From Octopus vulgaris (Eukaryota), in the NCBI GenBank assembly GCA_951406725.2, contig OX597815.1:31248001-31312000 (forward strand): a stretch of DNA of 64,000 nucleotides, read 5' to 3'. Numbering within the stretch: position 1 is the first letter of the stretch; each line of letters opens with the position of its first letter. A program made the position numbers and the translations under genes. A model generated the notes under the pieces. It searched no databases. It had not been told where the DNA came from and saw only the letters and a program-made list of their open reading frames with translations. This document shows, one piece after another, positions 12,837-26,589 of this stretch.

Positions 12837-13265
12837 GGATCTTTTCGGTTTGAACGGCAGTTTTCTCTGGCGGTGTCATATGAAATTGTCACCCATAATT
12901 ATGACCCTAGTATCGATCTATTGCATTTCAATCTATTTTAGGGTTAGTTAGGGTTGGGGTTAGGGTTAGGGGGGGAGGGTATCTTTTTTTCTTCAGAAAT
13001 GGAAATAAACCCAATCTGTTTCTTAAACGAGGGACATATTCATACGGCACAGAATGCTTTCACATCAATAGACGTCAGTGATTGGTTGAAATTGCAGAAA
13101 CTGAAGAAAAGAAAACAACCAATATCTTACAAACTATAGAATTTTCTCAATAAAGCCAAGAGAAAAAGATGTTTTATAAACACATCCTACCAGTATACGA
13201 AGTTTAAAAGTGTTTAGTTACGTGGAAATTATTTTAAAAAACTGCCGTTCAAACCGAAAAGATTC
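12837..13265. mobile_element. MITE with 28-bp TIRs, 8-bp TSD and internal TTAGGG-like repeats
   Basis: TIRs ggatcttttcggtttgaacggcagtttt / aaaactgccgttcaaaccgaaaagattc. TSD ctacatta at 12829-12836 and 13266-13273. Confidence 0.9.
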
Positions 13266-14689
13266 CTACATTATTATATAACCGTTGCGCTTTCCCTTTT
13301 TAATATAAGGAGTGGACTTTTCAGTGGCAAACACAACTGCAGATAGTTTTGTCAAATGTGATTCTGGAAACTCTATGCGGATTATAGGATCAAACTTTCT
13401 CTCATTAAGCCATACTGTCACAAGGTTTGCGGTTTTATTTTATTCAGGTAATAAAGCTATTAAAAGTGGTTCGGTACACTCTACACCCTGTTCTTTCCGG
13501 TTGCTTGCGCATCATTCACTTACTACCTTACTGGACTTGCAAAGGCTCTGGTGTAATTGACTGAGAAGCCTGGCAAACAATAAGCCAAGTATGTTTTTAT
13601 TTTTGTTTACAAGATGTTATGCTATGATAATGCAATCTGACAAGATACAGACCTAGAGTTTTCTGTTAAGATTATGTTTCCTTTCTTGTTTACAATATCT
13701 GTTATGCAATTTTGGTCTTCTATAGTTGTTTTGAATATTTATCTGAGTGACTTTCATATATTCATTTATGTGTGGCTGCGTTTGGGTGTATATTCAGTTG
13801 TTTGAGTTTTCGTGCAAAAAAGGCGAAACACTCATTACACACGTGATGGAAGTATAGAGTGTTGATTAAAACGGAAACCACTGTGTTACACTGCTACGAG
13901 AACAAAATAAGAAATGAAAATGATGTACGAAGTGAAAAGCAAAACACTGCATTAAACAAAGGGAAGGGTTAAATTTCCTTCTGATTCACAAACTAAATGC
14001 TATTGATCACCATAATTAACTATAGATGCTGGCAAATTTTCATGGAGTACCTCAGTAGAAACAACATACAATTAAATATAACCTCCGATACTCGAGATAG
14101 AGGGCCGAAAATAAATTTAGTTAATTGATATTATAAAATAAATACGCAGTTATGTGCGTTAATGAATATTTGTTCTCCGAAGAGATAAAGAGATATTTTT
14201 AGCACTTCTGGAGTTTAGAGGTTCCGCTCCCTATGAAACATATGTAGCCCGAATTTTATCTACTCCATTCCTTAAATCTTGAATTTTTATTCCTGGAAAT
14301 TCTAGCTGCCTACCGTTAAAAATATAGAATAAGATTTTTTTTCAGCTTATCATACTTCGATGCGGGAAATATTAACAACCTTCCACCCCAATAAACCGCT
14401 ATTGTTCCTGAAAGTTGTTTTTCTATATTTTCTACGGATTGCTTGAAGTTCACTTCCTACATCTCGATCCTATATATATAGATATAGATATAGACGCATA
14501 CACACACACACAGATATATTTCATATAATATTTGTAAACAAACGCGGAAGGTTTTGTAAGTTACGGAGAGAAAGTTACAATGAAAAGCGCATATTTGTCG
14601 GTTCGATTCAGGCTGGGGCTAGCTCATCACTTTTCAGTCATATGTTTGAATTTATAAATAGTCACTTCAAATCGGAGAATAAAATATTA

Positions 14690-14737
<48 letters not shown>

Positions 14738-14825
14738 TATTATTCGCCATGATGGATCGCTAGCCACTACACATTCGTTATTTTCTCCCCTTGTATCTTT
14801 CTTTGTATCTCCCCTTGTATCTTTC

Positions 14826-14907
14826 TATATACATACATACTCCACTTTGTTACATATATATATTTATATGTATAAATATATTTATATGTATAACAAAGTG
14901 GAGTATG

Positions 14908-14917
<10 letters not shown>
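14826..14917. repeat. Short inverted repeat (27-bp arms)
   Basis: tatatacatacatactccactttgtta ... taacaaagtggagtatgtatgtatata. Confidence 0.85.
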
Positions 14918-14967
<50 letters not shown>

Positions 14968-14970
<3 letters not shown>

Positions 14971-15629
14971 CAAGCTACCATTCTTGATGGGGTGAATCAA
15001 AAATAATTTTCAGATAATTTAAACTGCAATCCTGATGAGAGAAAATTAATTAGTATTCATGGAAATCTTGTTTTCCGCATGGCCTAGAGAGAAACACATG
15101 AAATTTCAATCAACCAAAAATTAAAAGGAGATATACGGGGGAGTCGTGGGGTCATTGATCATGTATGTTGACAACTTCGGTCGGATATCGGATATGTTTC
15201 GGTGTCTGGAGATCTTCTTAATGACGGAATATCCACATAATGGAACAGACAGGTGCACTTATATGTGTTGTTACGAAACTCACTTTGTAAGCTTATCGTT
15301 TCCTGTTTAGACTCAGAGCGTGGAATTTTGGGTATGCTTCTTATACTTGGCCAACCAGTGTCCTGTGAGCAATTTTGGTAAATGTGCGATGGCCGGCCAA
15401 AGCCTTGTGAGTTGATGTTGTCAACATGCATGTAAAAAATCAATGACCCCACAACTCCCCTGGGTATCTCCATTTAATTTTTGGTTGATTGAAATTTCAT
15501 GTGTTTCTCTGTAGGCCATGCGGAAAACATGATTCCATGAATGCTAATTACTTTTCTCTCATCAGGATTGCAATTTTAATTATCTGAAAATTATTTTTGA
15601 TTCACCCCATCAAGAATGGTAGCTTGCAC
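14968..15629. mobile_element. Fold-back/MITE-like element with ~200-bp inverted arms
   Basis: 14968-15176 is the reverse complement of ~15415-15629 (gtgcaagctaccattcttgatggggtgaatcaaaaataat...). The ~240-bp spacer includes a SINE-B remnant. Confidence 0.85.
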
Positions 15630-15842
15630 ATTGCTGTTTATAATTAGCATTTTGATTGCTCTTCGGTCAGATCATCAGGGTATTTAACCTCGTGTTGTTA
15701 GCTCCATTTTAACAATATAGAGAACATGACCGTTGTTTAAACAAATTTCTCTAGTGAAAACAATAAACGAAAACGAAACAAAAGATATAAATGAGAATGT
15801 TTGCATATATGCATAGATATATATATTAATGTACACACACGC

Positions 15843-15911
<69 letters not shown>

Positions 15912-15939
15912 ACTTTATGTATTTATATATATATATATA

Positions 15940-16149
15940 CCTTTTGTATTTTACTGGTTTCAGTTACCAGGCTGCGACCATGCCGGGGTACCTCGTTGAA
16001 GGGTTTTAATTGAAAGAAACGACCCGACCCCAATGCTCATTCATTTTTTCTTTTTCTTTTTTGTAAAGCCAGATAGTAATTCTATCCATCTCATTCGCAG
16101 AACACAGCAACATCGGTTGTCAAGTGCCGCTCGTGGGCAAACAACGACA

Positions 16150-16150
<1 letters not shown>
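15940..16150 (-). mobile_element. SINE-B 3' part, diverged
   Basis: ttttactggtttcagtt...gcgaccatgccggggtacc...catcggttgtcaagtg. Confidence 0.65.
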
Positions 16151-16190
<40 letters not shown>

Positions 16191-16322
16191 GTGTGTGTGT
16201 GTGTTTGTGTGAGTGTACACACACACACAACACACACAACACACACACACATATCATTCTCTCTTATTTTCTCCTTCTCCTTATATATACACATACATAC
16301 ATACATGCATACATACATATAC

Positions 16323-16398
<76 letters not shown>

Positions 16399-16477
16399 GA
16401 GAATTCACAAAACAAAAGACGAAGACAAGTGGTGTAGACGACAAACAGATGTATTAGTTTAACGGGAAGTGAAAAGG

Positions 16478-16515
16478 TCTTTAACGTTTCGAGCCCACGC
16501 TCTTCCACAGAAAGA
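16478..16515 (-). ncRNA. Minimal PLE-type hammerhead motif with one core substitution
   Basis: Minus strand tcttt-CTGtGGA-a-gagc-gtgg-gctc-GAAAC-GTT-aaaga: 5-bp stem I and 4-bp stem II. Confidence 0.5.
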
Positions 16516-16565
16516 AACACAGAAAGAAACAAGGAGAGAAAATAAAGAATGTCTAGTGTCTAGCG

Positions 16566-16615
<50 letters not shown>

Positions 16616-16619
16616 CTGG

Positions 16620-16810
16620 CTCTGGTACTCCGTCCGTTACGACGACGAGAGTTCCAGTTGATCCGATCAACGGAACAGCCTGCTCGTAAAATAAATGTGG
16701 AAGTGGTTGAACACTCCACAGATATGCACATCCTTAACGTAGTTCTGAGTGAGATTCTACGTCACACAATGTGACAAGGCAGGGCCTTTGAGTTACTGGT
16801 ACTACTCAGT
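16620..16810 (-). mobile_element. SINE fragment with the family-D 3' domain (Deu/Nin-like)
   Basis: actccgtccgttacgacgacgagagttccagttgatccgatcaacggaacagcctgctcgt is the reverse complement of the tail of 44813-45200. Confidence 0.8.
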
Positions 16811-18060
16811 TTTCCATCTCACTGCTATGAAATAAATTTTTCGAAAACGAAAAAAAATAATGTGTTAGTATGCATGTGTGCTAATTTCACCAGTTTCTAT
16901 TTCCATATTAAATTCTGATATAATCGTAATCTAAACGCTATGAAGTGTATTTTTCAAAATTTTCATTTCGAAATACTCATTCTTCCGAAAGTTATGAGGA
17001 AACAAAGCCGACCGTTTGAATTTTCTGACTCTCCTCTCCCCAGTTTCCCTGAAAAACAATTAAAATATAATCGAAATCTATACCATCTTCGTAGTCATGT
17101 TCGAAGAGAAATTCATTAAAAAAATATCTATATTCGTGAAGGTTATATGATCAAGTTGGTGAGGCATATTTGTGTATATATGCACTTTGCTTTTGCTTTA
17201 ACATAAGCAATTCTAACATTACATTGGCATAATACATCTCAGCTTGCATCACTTCATTTTCATCTTGTATGAAACAATTTCTAACCATATAACTGCATGT
17301 TATATATAACCAAGAAATGTACTTCTTTCGTTCAGTTTGCATCAAATGAGTGACAATCATGTGAATGGGATGGGCTCAGTTTTTGACGATACATACACAG
17401 AAATACAATAACTGTATTACGATGATATTGTGTTTAGTAACGAATACTAACTACATAAAAATGCATCGTAGTGCGTGTGTGTGTATGAGTATGTTTGTGT
17501 CTGTATGTGTGTGTGCTTATATGAAAATTTATTGGAAATATTTAGGTAGTACTTTTTCATTGTTTTACAAATGCACGTTGCATATCATCATAACTATTTT
17601 ACATTTTCCATTGTTGATCGACTTTCCTTCATATCGCAAGCCTTGCCAGCGTTCTTCCCACATACATGCCATATTTATACTAAAACATAACCACAATGGG
17701 AATATATGATACAATGATATCAAACCAATGTAAAACATTCTACCTTAAAGATAGCGTGTTCGCACTAGTATATAAATGTGTGTAAGCGCGTGTGTGTATG
17801 CGTGGATGCGTGCGTACGTGTGTATCTTTACACACACATCACAAGATATTTATATTCTTTCCACCATTCCTAATCATTGCAAATCTTCATTTCACAAACA
17901 CGCGCTGACCAAGATCTAGTTTACCGTCAACTTCCGGTAATAACTCCAACTTTTCATGACAAAAATAGAGGGATAATCAGAGAAAGAGAGAGAGAGAGAG
18001 AAAGAAAGAGAGAGAGAGAAAGAAAGAGAGAGAGAGAAAGAAAGAGAGAGAGAGAAAGAA

Positions 18061-18091
<31 letters not shown>

Positions 18092-18347
18092 AAGAGAGAG
18101 AGTATATGCGAGCGTATGCTTGTGTCCAAGTGTGCGCCCGCGCGTGTATCTCTCTCTGTATTTGTGTGGACGTGTTCTTTGTCGATCGAGAAATGCGATA
18201 AAAAAAAGGGAAGTTGTGACAGACAGACAATGGAACAAAAGCATAAATCATAAAGCAATTATGGAAGCGATGTGCGTAATTCATATATATATCTTTCACT
18301 GATTGTGTATGTGCGTGTGTATATTTATGCCTATGTTAGTGCTTGTC

Positions 18348-18384
<37 letters not shown>

Positions 18385-18642
18385 GCCAGTGCGAAAAGAA
18401 AACAGTCAATTGGGTTTTTCAAAAATGGGTAAAATAGGAGTGAGTATATGGAGTAAAGTATATATAACCTTTCGTTAAATGAATTTGTTACGGGAGTCAC
18501 TCAAGAGCTTATAGTTTCGTCCCAAAGCACTTGTCAAACTTCCAACATCTAGCGATGTTAGCTATTAAGATTTTATACATATACACACTTACACATACAC
18601 ATGTATGTATGTATGTATTTATGTATGGATGTAATGGTGTGT

Positions 18643-18905
18643 GTGGAGGCGCGTGAGTTAGTGGTTAGGGTGTCAGCATCATGATCGTAAGAGTGTAGTT
18701 TCGATTCCTGGACCGGGCGACGCGTTGTGTTCTTGAGCAAAACACTTCATTTTACGTTGCTCCAGTCCACTCAGCTGGCAAAACTGAGTAACGCTGTGAT
18801 GGACTGGCGTTCCGTCCAGCTGGGAAACACATACGCCACTGAAACCGGGAAACCGGGCCCATAAGCCTGGCTAGGCTTTAAAAATAAGGCCGCAGTTATT
18901 TATTT
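18643..18905 (+). mobile_element. SINE family C
   Basis: tRNA head (gagttagtggttaggg; gtttcgattcc), ttgagcaaaacactt, gatggactggcgt, tail ggctaggctttaaaa. Confidence 0.88.
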
Positions 18906-18954
18906 ATTTTTATGTATGCATGTATGTATGTATGTATATATGTATGTATGTATG

Positions 18955-19570
18955 TATGACCTTATTCAGTTTTATTTCAAAATATTTTGCCAATAGAGAA
19001 AGAGCTGGTTTCTAACCTAGATCCAAGGCGCCTTCCTTGGAATTTCAACATCAAAAACAGCCAGTCAGCAATTTGGACCTGGAGATCTCCATTTCCAGCG
19101 ACTTTGAGAGCCATCTCCTAGTGGTGTCGGGCGTCAACGAAGAGCCCTCGACTACAACAAGACGACCAAAGTTTTTTTTTCCATGGTTTGGGGTCTCCTG
19201 CCCCTAAGCACTAGACCATCACCTAATCACCCTTACCCGTCTTGCTGCTTGACAACAACATCAACAACAGGGTATGCATGTATAATGTGTGTGTTATGTA
19301 TGTATGTATGTATGTATGTATGTATGTATGCATGTATGTATGTATGTATACGTGCAGATTTGTATGTTTTGTTTTATGTATGTATTCTTGTGCATATAGT
19401 TGCATATCTTGACATGGTCATATATACTTAAATGATAAACTTCTGAAAAGTTTTACAGATCTTTGCAGTTCCAGTGATGGTTTAGATCTGTAGCCAATGA
19501 ATCAGCTTTCGCCTGTCTGGTTTTGAGAAACCTATTTTCTCAAGATTGGTATTTAGGCAATGTGTTATAT
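18955..19570 (-). mobile_element. R4/Dong-type LINE 3' end
   Basis: Aligns with 23858-24220 and, in reverse, with 34690-35300. Internal (TATG)n tract; flanked by (TATG)n. Confidence 0.75.
19061..19255 (+). mobile_element. Truncated retroelement inserted in the Dong-like 3' UTR
   Basis: 15-bp TSD caacatcaa(a/c)aacag at 19046-19060 and 19256-19270. Absent from the sister copy at ~23945. Confidence 0.7.
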
Positions 19571-20524
19571 ATACGTGTGTTAGCATGTATTTATGTATGT
19601 ATGAGTGTATATGAAATTTTAAAATGACAAAGGAATAGCTATTTAATAATTTCATTCTAAGTTCTACCGCTTAGGGTGCTAACATCAACTTCCATTTAAC
19701 TACTTAATTAGTATTATACAAGGAGATATACATATAATTAATTTAAATGTGATTGATGAACTGTTTCACGAAAAAATAAATTTGAAATATAAAAGCCAAA
19801 ACACTATTGTTGTTTTACAAATGGCATAAGCGGGACAGAAAAGGTCGAGAGAAAAAAAGATGTGTGTGTGTGTTTGTGTGTGTGTGTGCGTGAGTGCATG
19901 CGTGCGTGCGAGTGAGTGAGCGGGTGTGCGGGCGTGGAGAAAAAAGAGGCAGAAATAGATGAACCGACAGACAGACAGACACGAAAGTTGAAGACAAACA
20001 GACGATTCACTAAGAGGAAGGAGCATTGGCAATGAATGAATGATTATTGATTACATACACATTTGAGTCTCTCCCTATATATATGTGTGTGTGCGAGGGA
20101 GAAAGAGAGAGAGTTCCTATGCATGTCACTAGCCACTTTGACTTGTTTCCCTTAGCTCATTTTTGCATAAATTATGCAAATTACCTTGGTCATAAATATT
20201 TTCTATTCTTTTTGTATACTCTTGTGTCCATTTGCTACTAAAACACATGTGAGTACAAGTGTCTTGCTGATGACGCCTATTGAGGGATAAACGTAGCTAC
20301 CAGTCTATCCCCGTATCCCTAGTCCTTTTCCTTAATAGTGTGCGCATTTTAGAGAATTCTTGATTTGTAAGATTATCTCCCCTTCTGACATGTTCAGAAT
20401 GGTCATCTGGTGATTGCGATACAACCTCTTGACGCGAAGGCAATCTTAATAAATCGAAAATGTATGTAGAGTGGTATTTGAAATACCTGTATTTGTCTAC
20501 GTTGTTCAAATGCATGCCACTGGT

Positions 20525-20823
<299 letters not shown>

Positions 20824-21704
20824 GTTTATAAATTTAACCTTTAATGGTATTTTTTAATATGCTGGGCATTGATAAAATTTTTTTCGAAAATTCTTATCCT
20901 ATATTATATGTATATATATATATATATATACTCACACATACATATATACAAGCACTTGCACATACACGTGCACACTCATATAAGGCACTCCCTATGGCTC
21001 TGAGTGTGTGCGTATATATGTATGTGTATGAGTTTTGAGAATAATGGGTGCGAATAACACACACTCAAATAGTGGAGAGACAAACAGACAGACCGGCAGA
21101 CTGGCAGGCGAATGCGCGGACGGACAGGATAAAGGCGGGAACAGAACAGAATGCCGGAGTCCAAGCTAATAGTCTGAAGATAAAATAGAAGCAAGCAAAA
21201 GGCGCAAGAGAGAAATGATGTATGGGATGAGATTTATGAGCGGAACAGATTGTGTTAGCCTAAGAGTACAGTGAAGGGTGTATCATTAAGGGTGGGTTCC
21301 ATCACTATCGTATACAGTGAAGGGACGCAGCTGAGCAATTGGCTGTTGTTTGTCTATTGTCCTGCTTTATATGTAACCTCCAAGAAAGATTTATAAAACA
21401 AGAGAAAGGATACGCTGCATTTCCAGATGGTTGTTAAACAAAACCTCGCTAACCTCTTTGTATTTATGTCTGAACTGCTTGCGATTGATAGTGTCGTTAT
21501 TGTTGGTGATCTTCGTAGCGGTGGTGGCTGTGATGGCTGTGGTGGTGATGGTGATGGTGGTGGTGAGGTGAGGTAGTGTCCGTGGTGGTGGTGGTGGTAC
21601 ACTTGTCGGAAATTGTATTCGAGATCGTTTGTGCTGCGGTTAGGTTTTATATTTGTTACTGCTAACCTTGTTGTTTTCAGCGCTTGTGGTGTCACCGTTG
21701 ATTT

Positions 21705-21721
21705 TGTAGTAGTAGTAGTTT

Positions 21722-21768
<47 letters not shown>

Positions 21769-21790
21769 GGTGGTGGTGGTGGTGGTGGTG

Positions 21791-21839
<49 letters not shown>

Positions 21840-21985
21840 CAGCAGCAGCAGCAGCAGCAGCAATAGTAGTAGTAGTAGTAGTTGTTGTTGTTGTTATTGT
21901 TGTTATTGCTGCTGCTGCTGTTGGTAGTGGTTGTGGTAGCAGCGATGGTGACGGCGGTGGTTGCGGTAGTGGTGGCGGCTGAGGT
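21705..21985. repeat. Compound trinucleotide microsatellite (TAG)n(TGG)n(TAG)n(CAG)n(TTG)n
   Basis: Directly visible. Confidence 0.95.
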
Positions 21986-22246
21986 ACTCTTGTCGGGGAT
22001 AGTCTTTAGGTCGTTTCTTTATTGTTTTTACTCGTCCTTATAGGTTCTTCTGTTGATTTGTTGTTGTTGTTGCTGCTGCTGCTGCTACTGCCGCTGCTAT
22101 TACTGTTGTTGTAGCTGGTGGAGGTGGTGGTGTTGATGGTGGTGTTGCTACTGTTTCTACTGCTCCTGCTGGTACTTTCTGTCCTCTTTTCACTCTTGTG
22201 GTCTTTTGTACGGTTACCCTTATTGCTGTTGCTGTCCTTTGTTATT

Positions 22247-22498
22247 GTGGAGGCCCGTGGCTTAGTGGTTAGGGTGTCAGCATCATGATCGTAAGATTGT
22301 GGTTTCCATTCCTGGACCGGGCGACGCGTTGTGTTCTTGAGCAAAACACTTCATTTCACGTTGCTCCGGTCCACTCAACTGGCAAAATGAGTAACGCTGC
22401 GATGGACTGGCGTCCCGTCAAGCTGGGGAACACATACGCCATAGAACCGGGGAAACCGGGCCCATGAGCCTGGCTAGGCTTTAAAAGGGCGCATTTTT
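22247..22498 (+). mobile_element. SINE-C with 14-bp TSD
   Basis: TSD tgtcctttgttatt on both sides; same body as 18643 and 28620. Confidence 0.92.
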
Positions 22499-22655
22499 GT
22501 TGTCCTTTGTTATTACTCTTCTTCTCCTAGCATCTTGTATCACTACTTATTTTGATGTATTTGTTGTGATTGTTTAACACTCGATCAACTTCATCGAGTA
22601 GATCGTCTTACTTTCAGGCATAGAGTAATTAGGACCACATTATCTTTATTTAATA

Positions 22656-23037
22656 CTAACAGTATCGCCCGGCGTTGCTCGGGTTTGTAAGGGAAATAAC
22701 TATAAAGCATTTTTAGAGAGTTATAGCCAAAAAATAGCAAAAGAATGGGGAAAAAATGATGGCAAATTTTTTGAGAGTTAAAAAGGTCGAGTTGCGTCCC
22801 CTACACAGTCTGTGGTTTGTGTTTCTGATTCTCGACCCCATGTCGAATTTATCGATTTTTTTCAGAACTGGGGGAACTTTTCAAAATTTTCGCTTCGTTA
22901 GTTTTGAATTATGACATTGGGCTATGTGTGTGTCAAGTTTCATCAGAATCGGTTGAAAGCCGTGGTCAGGGTGAGGGTACAACCTAACAGACACACAGAC
23001 ACGCAGACAGACAAACTGCCGTTTATATAGAGAGAGA
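22656..23037 (-). mobile_element. Non-autonomous Helitron
   Basis: Minus strand starts A|TCtctctctatataaac and ends with hairpin cccgagcaacgccggg ~11 nt before a TTAG terminus (CTAG variant) followed by T. No TSD. Confidence 0.75.
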
Positions 23038-23857
23038 TGGTATGGTGTGATTTAAGAGAAATTTAACAGTTATTTCTAGCACGATGAGAATTCCCCTCGT
23101 TTAAAAGACAAATGCGATGCTTGTTTTCTTTTTTTTTTCTATTTTAGCTTTTTGAATTTCGTTGTTGTTCATTTTGTTCTTGACATTGTTCTTATTAGGT
23201 TACCCAAAGTCAAGCCGCCGTATGATCAATTGTACTCCAGCAGTGACCATTTCACTGGGTTGTGCTAGTAACCACACACTGTATTTCCTTACATGTCTTT
23301 TTCTACGAGAGTACGGTTTGAATTGAGGAACAATTGCCTATTCTTTCCAACAGGTCCAGTGATCATGCATGAAAAGACTGTACCATTTGCTGGTCATCGT
23401 CATCACCAATGTGGTTGTCTTCCTTTGTCTTGGTAGTTATGGGTGTGAAATTGTCATCGATATCGCTGCGACAATAGAAATTAAATTAATTTTATCTTCC
23501 ATCGTTTCCAAGTCAATAAAATAAAATACCAGCCAAGTGCCCGGGGTCTATTTCAATAAGTCTCTCTCGCTCCTCTCTCATCTTCCTCTTTCTGTGTGTG
23601 TATATATGAATGTGTGTGTGCGTGTGTATGTATATATGTATTGTATATGCATGTGTATGTGTGTATGTATGTATATATGTATGTGCATTTGTGTGTGTAT
23701 GTATATATATGTATATGTATCTAGGTATATATATATGTATATATGTTTATGTCTGAGTGTGTGTATGTATATATGTATATGTATGTATATATTATGTATG
23801 TATTATGTATTATGTATGTATGTATGTATGTATATATATATATATGTACTATGTATG

Positions 23858-24915
23858 TTATTATTCAGGGGTTTTTTTCAAGATTTCTTGCCAATAGAGA
23901 AAGAGATGGTTTCTAATCTAAATCCAAGATCCTTCAATAGAATTTCAACATCAACAACAGGGTATTTTTGTTTGTATGTATGTATGTATGTATTCATGCA
24001 GATTTATATGTTTTGTTTTATGTATGCATTTTCATACATATAGTTGCATATCTAGACATGCTCATATATATATTTAAATGATAAACTTCTGGAAAGTTTT
24101 ACAGATTTTTACAGTTCCAGTGTTGGATTGGGTATGTAGTCTTCGAACTTAGCTTTCTCCTTTCTGGCTTTGACTAGCCTAATTTCTTTCTCAAGATTGG
24201 TTTTTAGGCAGGGTGTTACATATCACAGGGTCCCAATAATTATAGGTACAAATCTGAAGTTGCAATCTGGATAGAGTAACTACTGATTTCTCAATAGTTC
24301 ATCGTAGGTATTCTCTTTTTCACTGATCTTCAGCTTTATGTTAACATCCGCTGGACAGCTAATTTCCACAGTTTCTCTTTTCTATTCCAAGTCCTTATAT
24401 CAGATATGTTGTGCTTACATTTTATTGAGGTTTTCACTAGGGCATTCCACTAGTACTCCTTATTATTATGAGTGGCTATGGCTTCTACCATAATATGGGT
24501 TCTTATTTCTTTACCCTCCAGGTTATCCTTCAGGCTAATTTCATTATAAAATGTCCTAGCTACAACATGATGTCTCATCGGTGGATAATACCGTGATAAA
24601 ATTTTCGGACAAACTGCTTATGACGTAGGTGATATCTTCGGTGTTAACTCCGCAAAATCTGCATCTGTTGTCATATTTTACTGTTTGTCCTGCATCTCTG
24701 TACCTTTTATGCGTCAGGTATTTGGTTGATATTTCATGTTCCTGGATTGCAAACTCATACCCTTCAAAGTGGGAGGTAGTAATCCGACTATTGGTCCATG
24801 ATAGACTACTTTGATGATTAATGTTACTATCATCTCGGAGCTTTCTACTAATATATCCATCTATAGTCTTCTGCTTATATATGCTCATCCTTTCATCTGA
24901 TGATACTTAGCAGTA
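23858..24915 (-). mobile_element. R4/Dong-clade non-LTR retrotransposon, 5'-truncated (zinc knuckle, RLE endonuclease region, 3' UTR)
   Basis: ORF 24556-24888 'SHFEGYEFAIQEHEISTKYL...DNRCRFCGVNTEDITYVISS' continues by frameshift into an 'RHDVVA' motif; CCHC/RHD pattern typical of RLE elements. Confidence 0.85.
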
Positions 24916-25429
24916 TCATGCATGCATACAACATGCATACACACATACATACATGCATACATGCATACATACATACATACATACATACACACATACATAC
25001 ATACATACATACATACATACATACATACATACATACATACATACATACAAAGGGGGTATCTGTGGACCATTAATAAGGAATTTGCAAATCTAGTATCCAA
25101 CATGCACTTTCTGTTTTATACCTCTTGTTATTGGTCAACAGGATACATACCAGCCCGTCTGGAGCAACGTATGGCTAAACTTGAGATCTTAGGAAGAGAA
25201 TGATGCAAATCCTTAATTCATACTCTGTAAAGGATCCCAATATTTAGGACTATAAAAATCTTTAAGACCTTATTTAAATGATGATAGCTAAGACAAGATG
25301 TTTTCCTTCACAACCTTGCTACCAAGTAGGTGACCGATAAAATTTACTCCAAATTAAAAAGCGATAGAAAGAAAAGAGCATGCATATGTATGAACGTACG
25401 CATGTATGTATAACCATATTATCATATAC

Positions 25430-25730
25430 TAATCTTATAAATTCACGTGTATGCCGATAATAATTGGTGCACTTGGTTTTGTTAATAAATGCTTAAGAGA
25501 CAATCTGGAAAAGCTAGGGTTTTAAGAAAAAGACAAAGAAATAATCAATCAGCGATCACGCACATTGCAAATAGAATTTGTAAGTGAAATAGCAAAAATA
25601 TGCAAACTGTTCTCAAGTTCAACACGTGACGTTGTTTTTGTTATCTACATTCCAATGATGGGGCCTTGTATCTTTGTTAGAAGTCGGCCCCTTCCTTACA
25701 GAAAGAATTCAATTAATTAAAAATAAAAGG
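25430..25730 (+). mobile_element. Diverged R4/Dong-like C-terminal fragment
   Basis: Translates as 'YKFTCMPIIIGALGFVNKCLRDNLEKLGF', similar to 34640-34740. Confidence 0.6.
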
Positions 25731-26589
25731 GAACAATATACATATATACGTACTCACACGCACACACACATACACGCACGCACACATACACACACACATA
25801 ATAGATATTAAGCATTTTGTTCAATGCCTAATTACATAGTTTTGTTCTCTGGTATGTAGAAATGTATGTGTTCCTATTTAATTACCTCCCTTGTTGATAA
25901 TTTGTTTACAGTAGAGAGCAATTTGTACACGGAGGCATTTATATATATAAAAAGATTTGCAACATTGATTATATTATAAGATCGAATTAAAATATTTATC
26001 AGCCCCTTTCTCCATGAAACTGGGCATTTATAAAACGTTAATCATTAACGGTTATTTACACAAAAGAATTCATATGTACACTCGTCATCTTCGATTTTTC
26101 GATTAAGCGTAAATTTCCTTTCTACGGTGTATGACAGAATTGTTATTTGTTTCAGCACTTCTTTGCCAGCTTTAGTGCTTAGACGACTGCTGTGCATAAC
26201 TGTTAAGTGCGGCGTTTTTCTCTTTTCGTGATGAGCTAAGTATCAAACAAAACGTTGACCGAATTTTTTGCGAGTTAGTCTATTCGATACTTTGTTTAAT
26301 GCCCAACCATGGAGCCTGCGTGTTGCTCCCTAGTATATATAAATGCGCAATTACACCTATTTAAATAGCGTGTGTCATTAATTATCCGCAATGCTGTCAT
26401 AATTGTTTTCCTGTTGGCTTAAATATTAATTGTATGCACATCACTAGACATGGTCTCACTATAATTACCATGGGGCAAGTTTCAGCTTGAAATTTCAATT
26501 AAGTTGTTGATATTTCGTTATCAGTGGCCTCTTTCCCTCTTGTTTTATGCATAGAAGAACAGTATTCAGTGTTACACATTTTTTGTCAT

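Noticed and set aside
12937-12976. Telomere or chromosome-fusion scar
   Set aside because: Only a few imperfect TTAGGG units, internal to a MITE.
20262-20300. ctgatgacgcctattgagggataaacgt as a hammerhead
   Set aside because: GAAA is absent and stems I and II do not pair convincingly.
21354-21982. Poly-Leu/Pro and poly-Ser/Gly ORFs
   Set aside because: Pure trinucleotide microsatellite.
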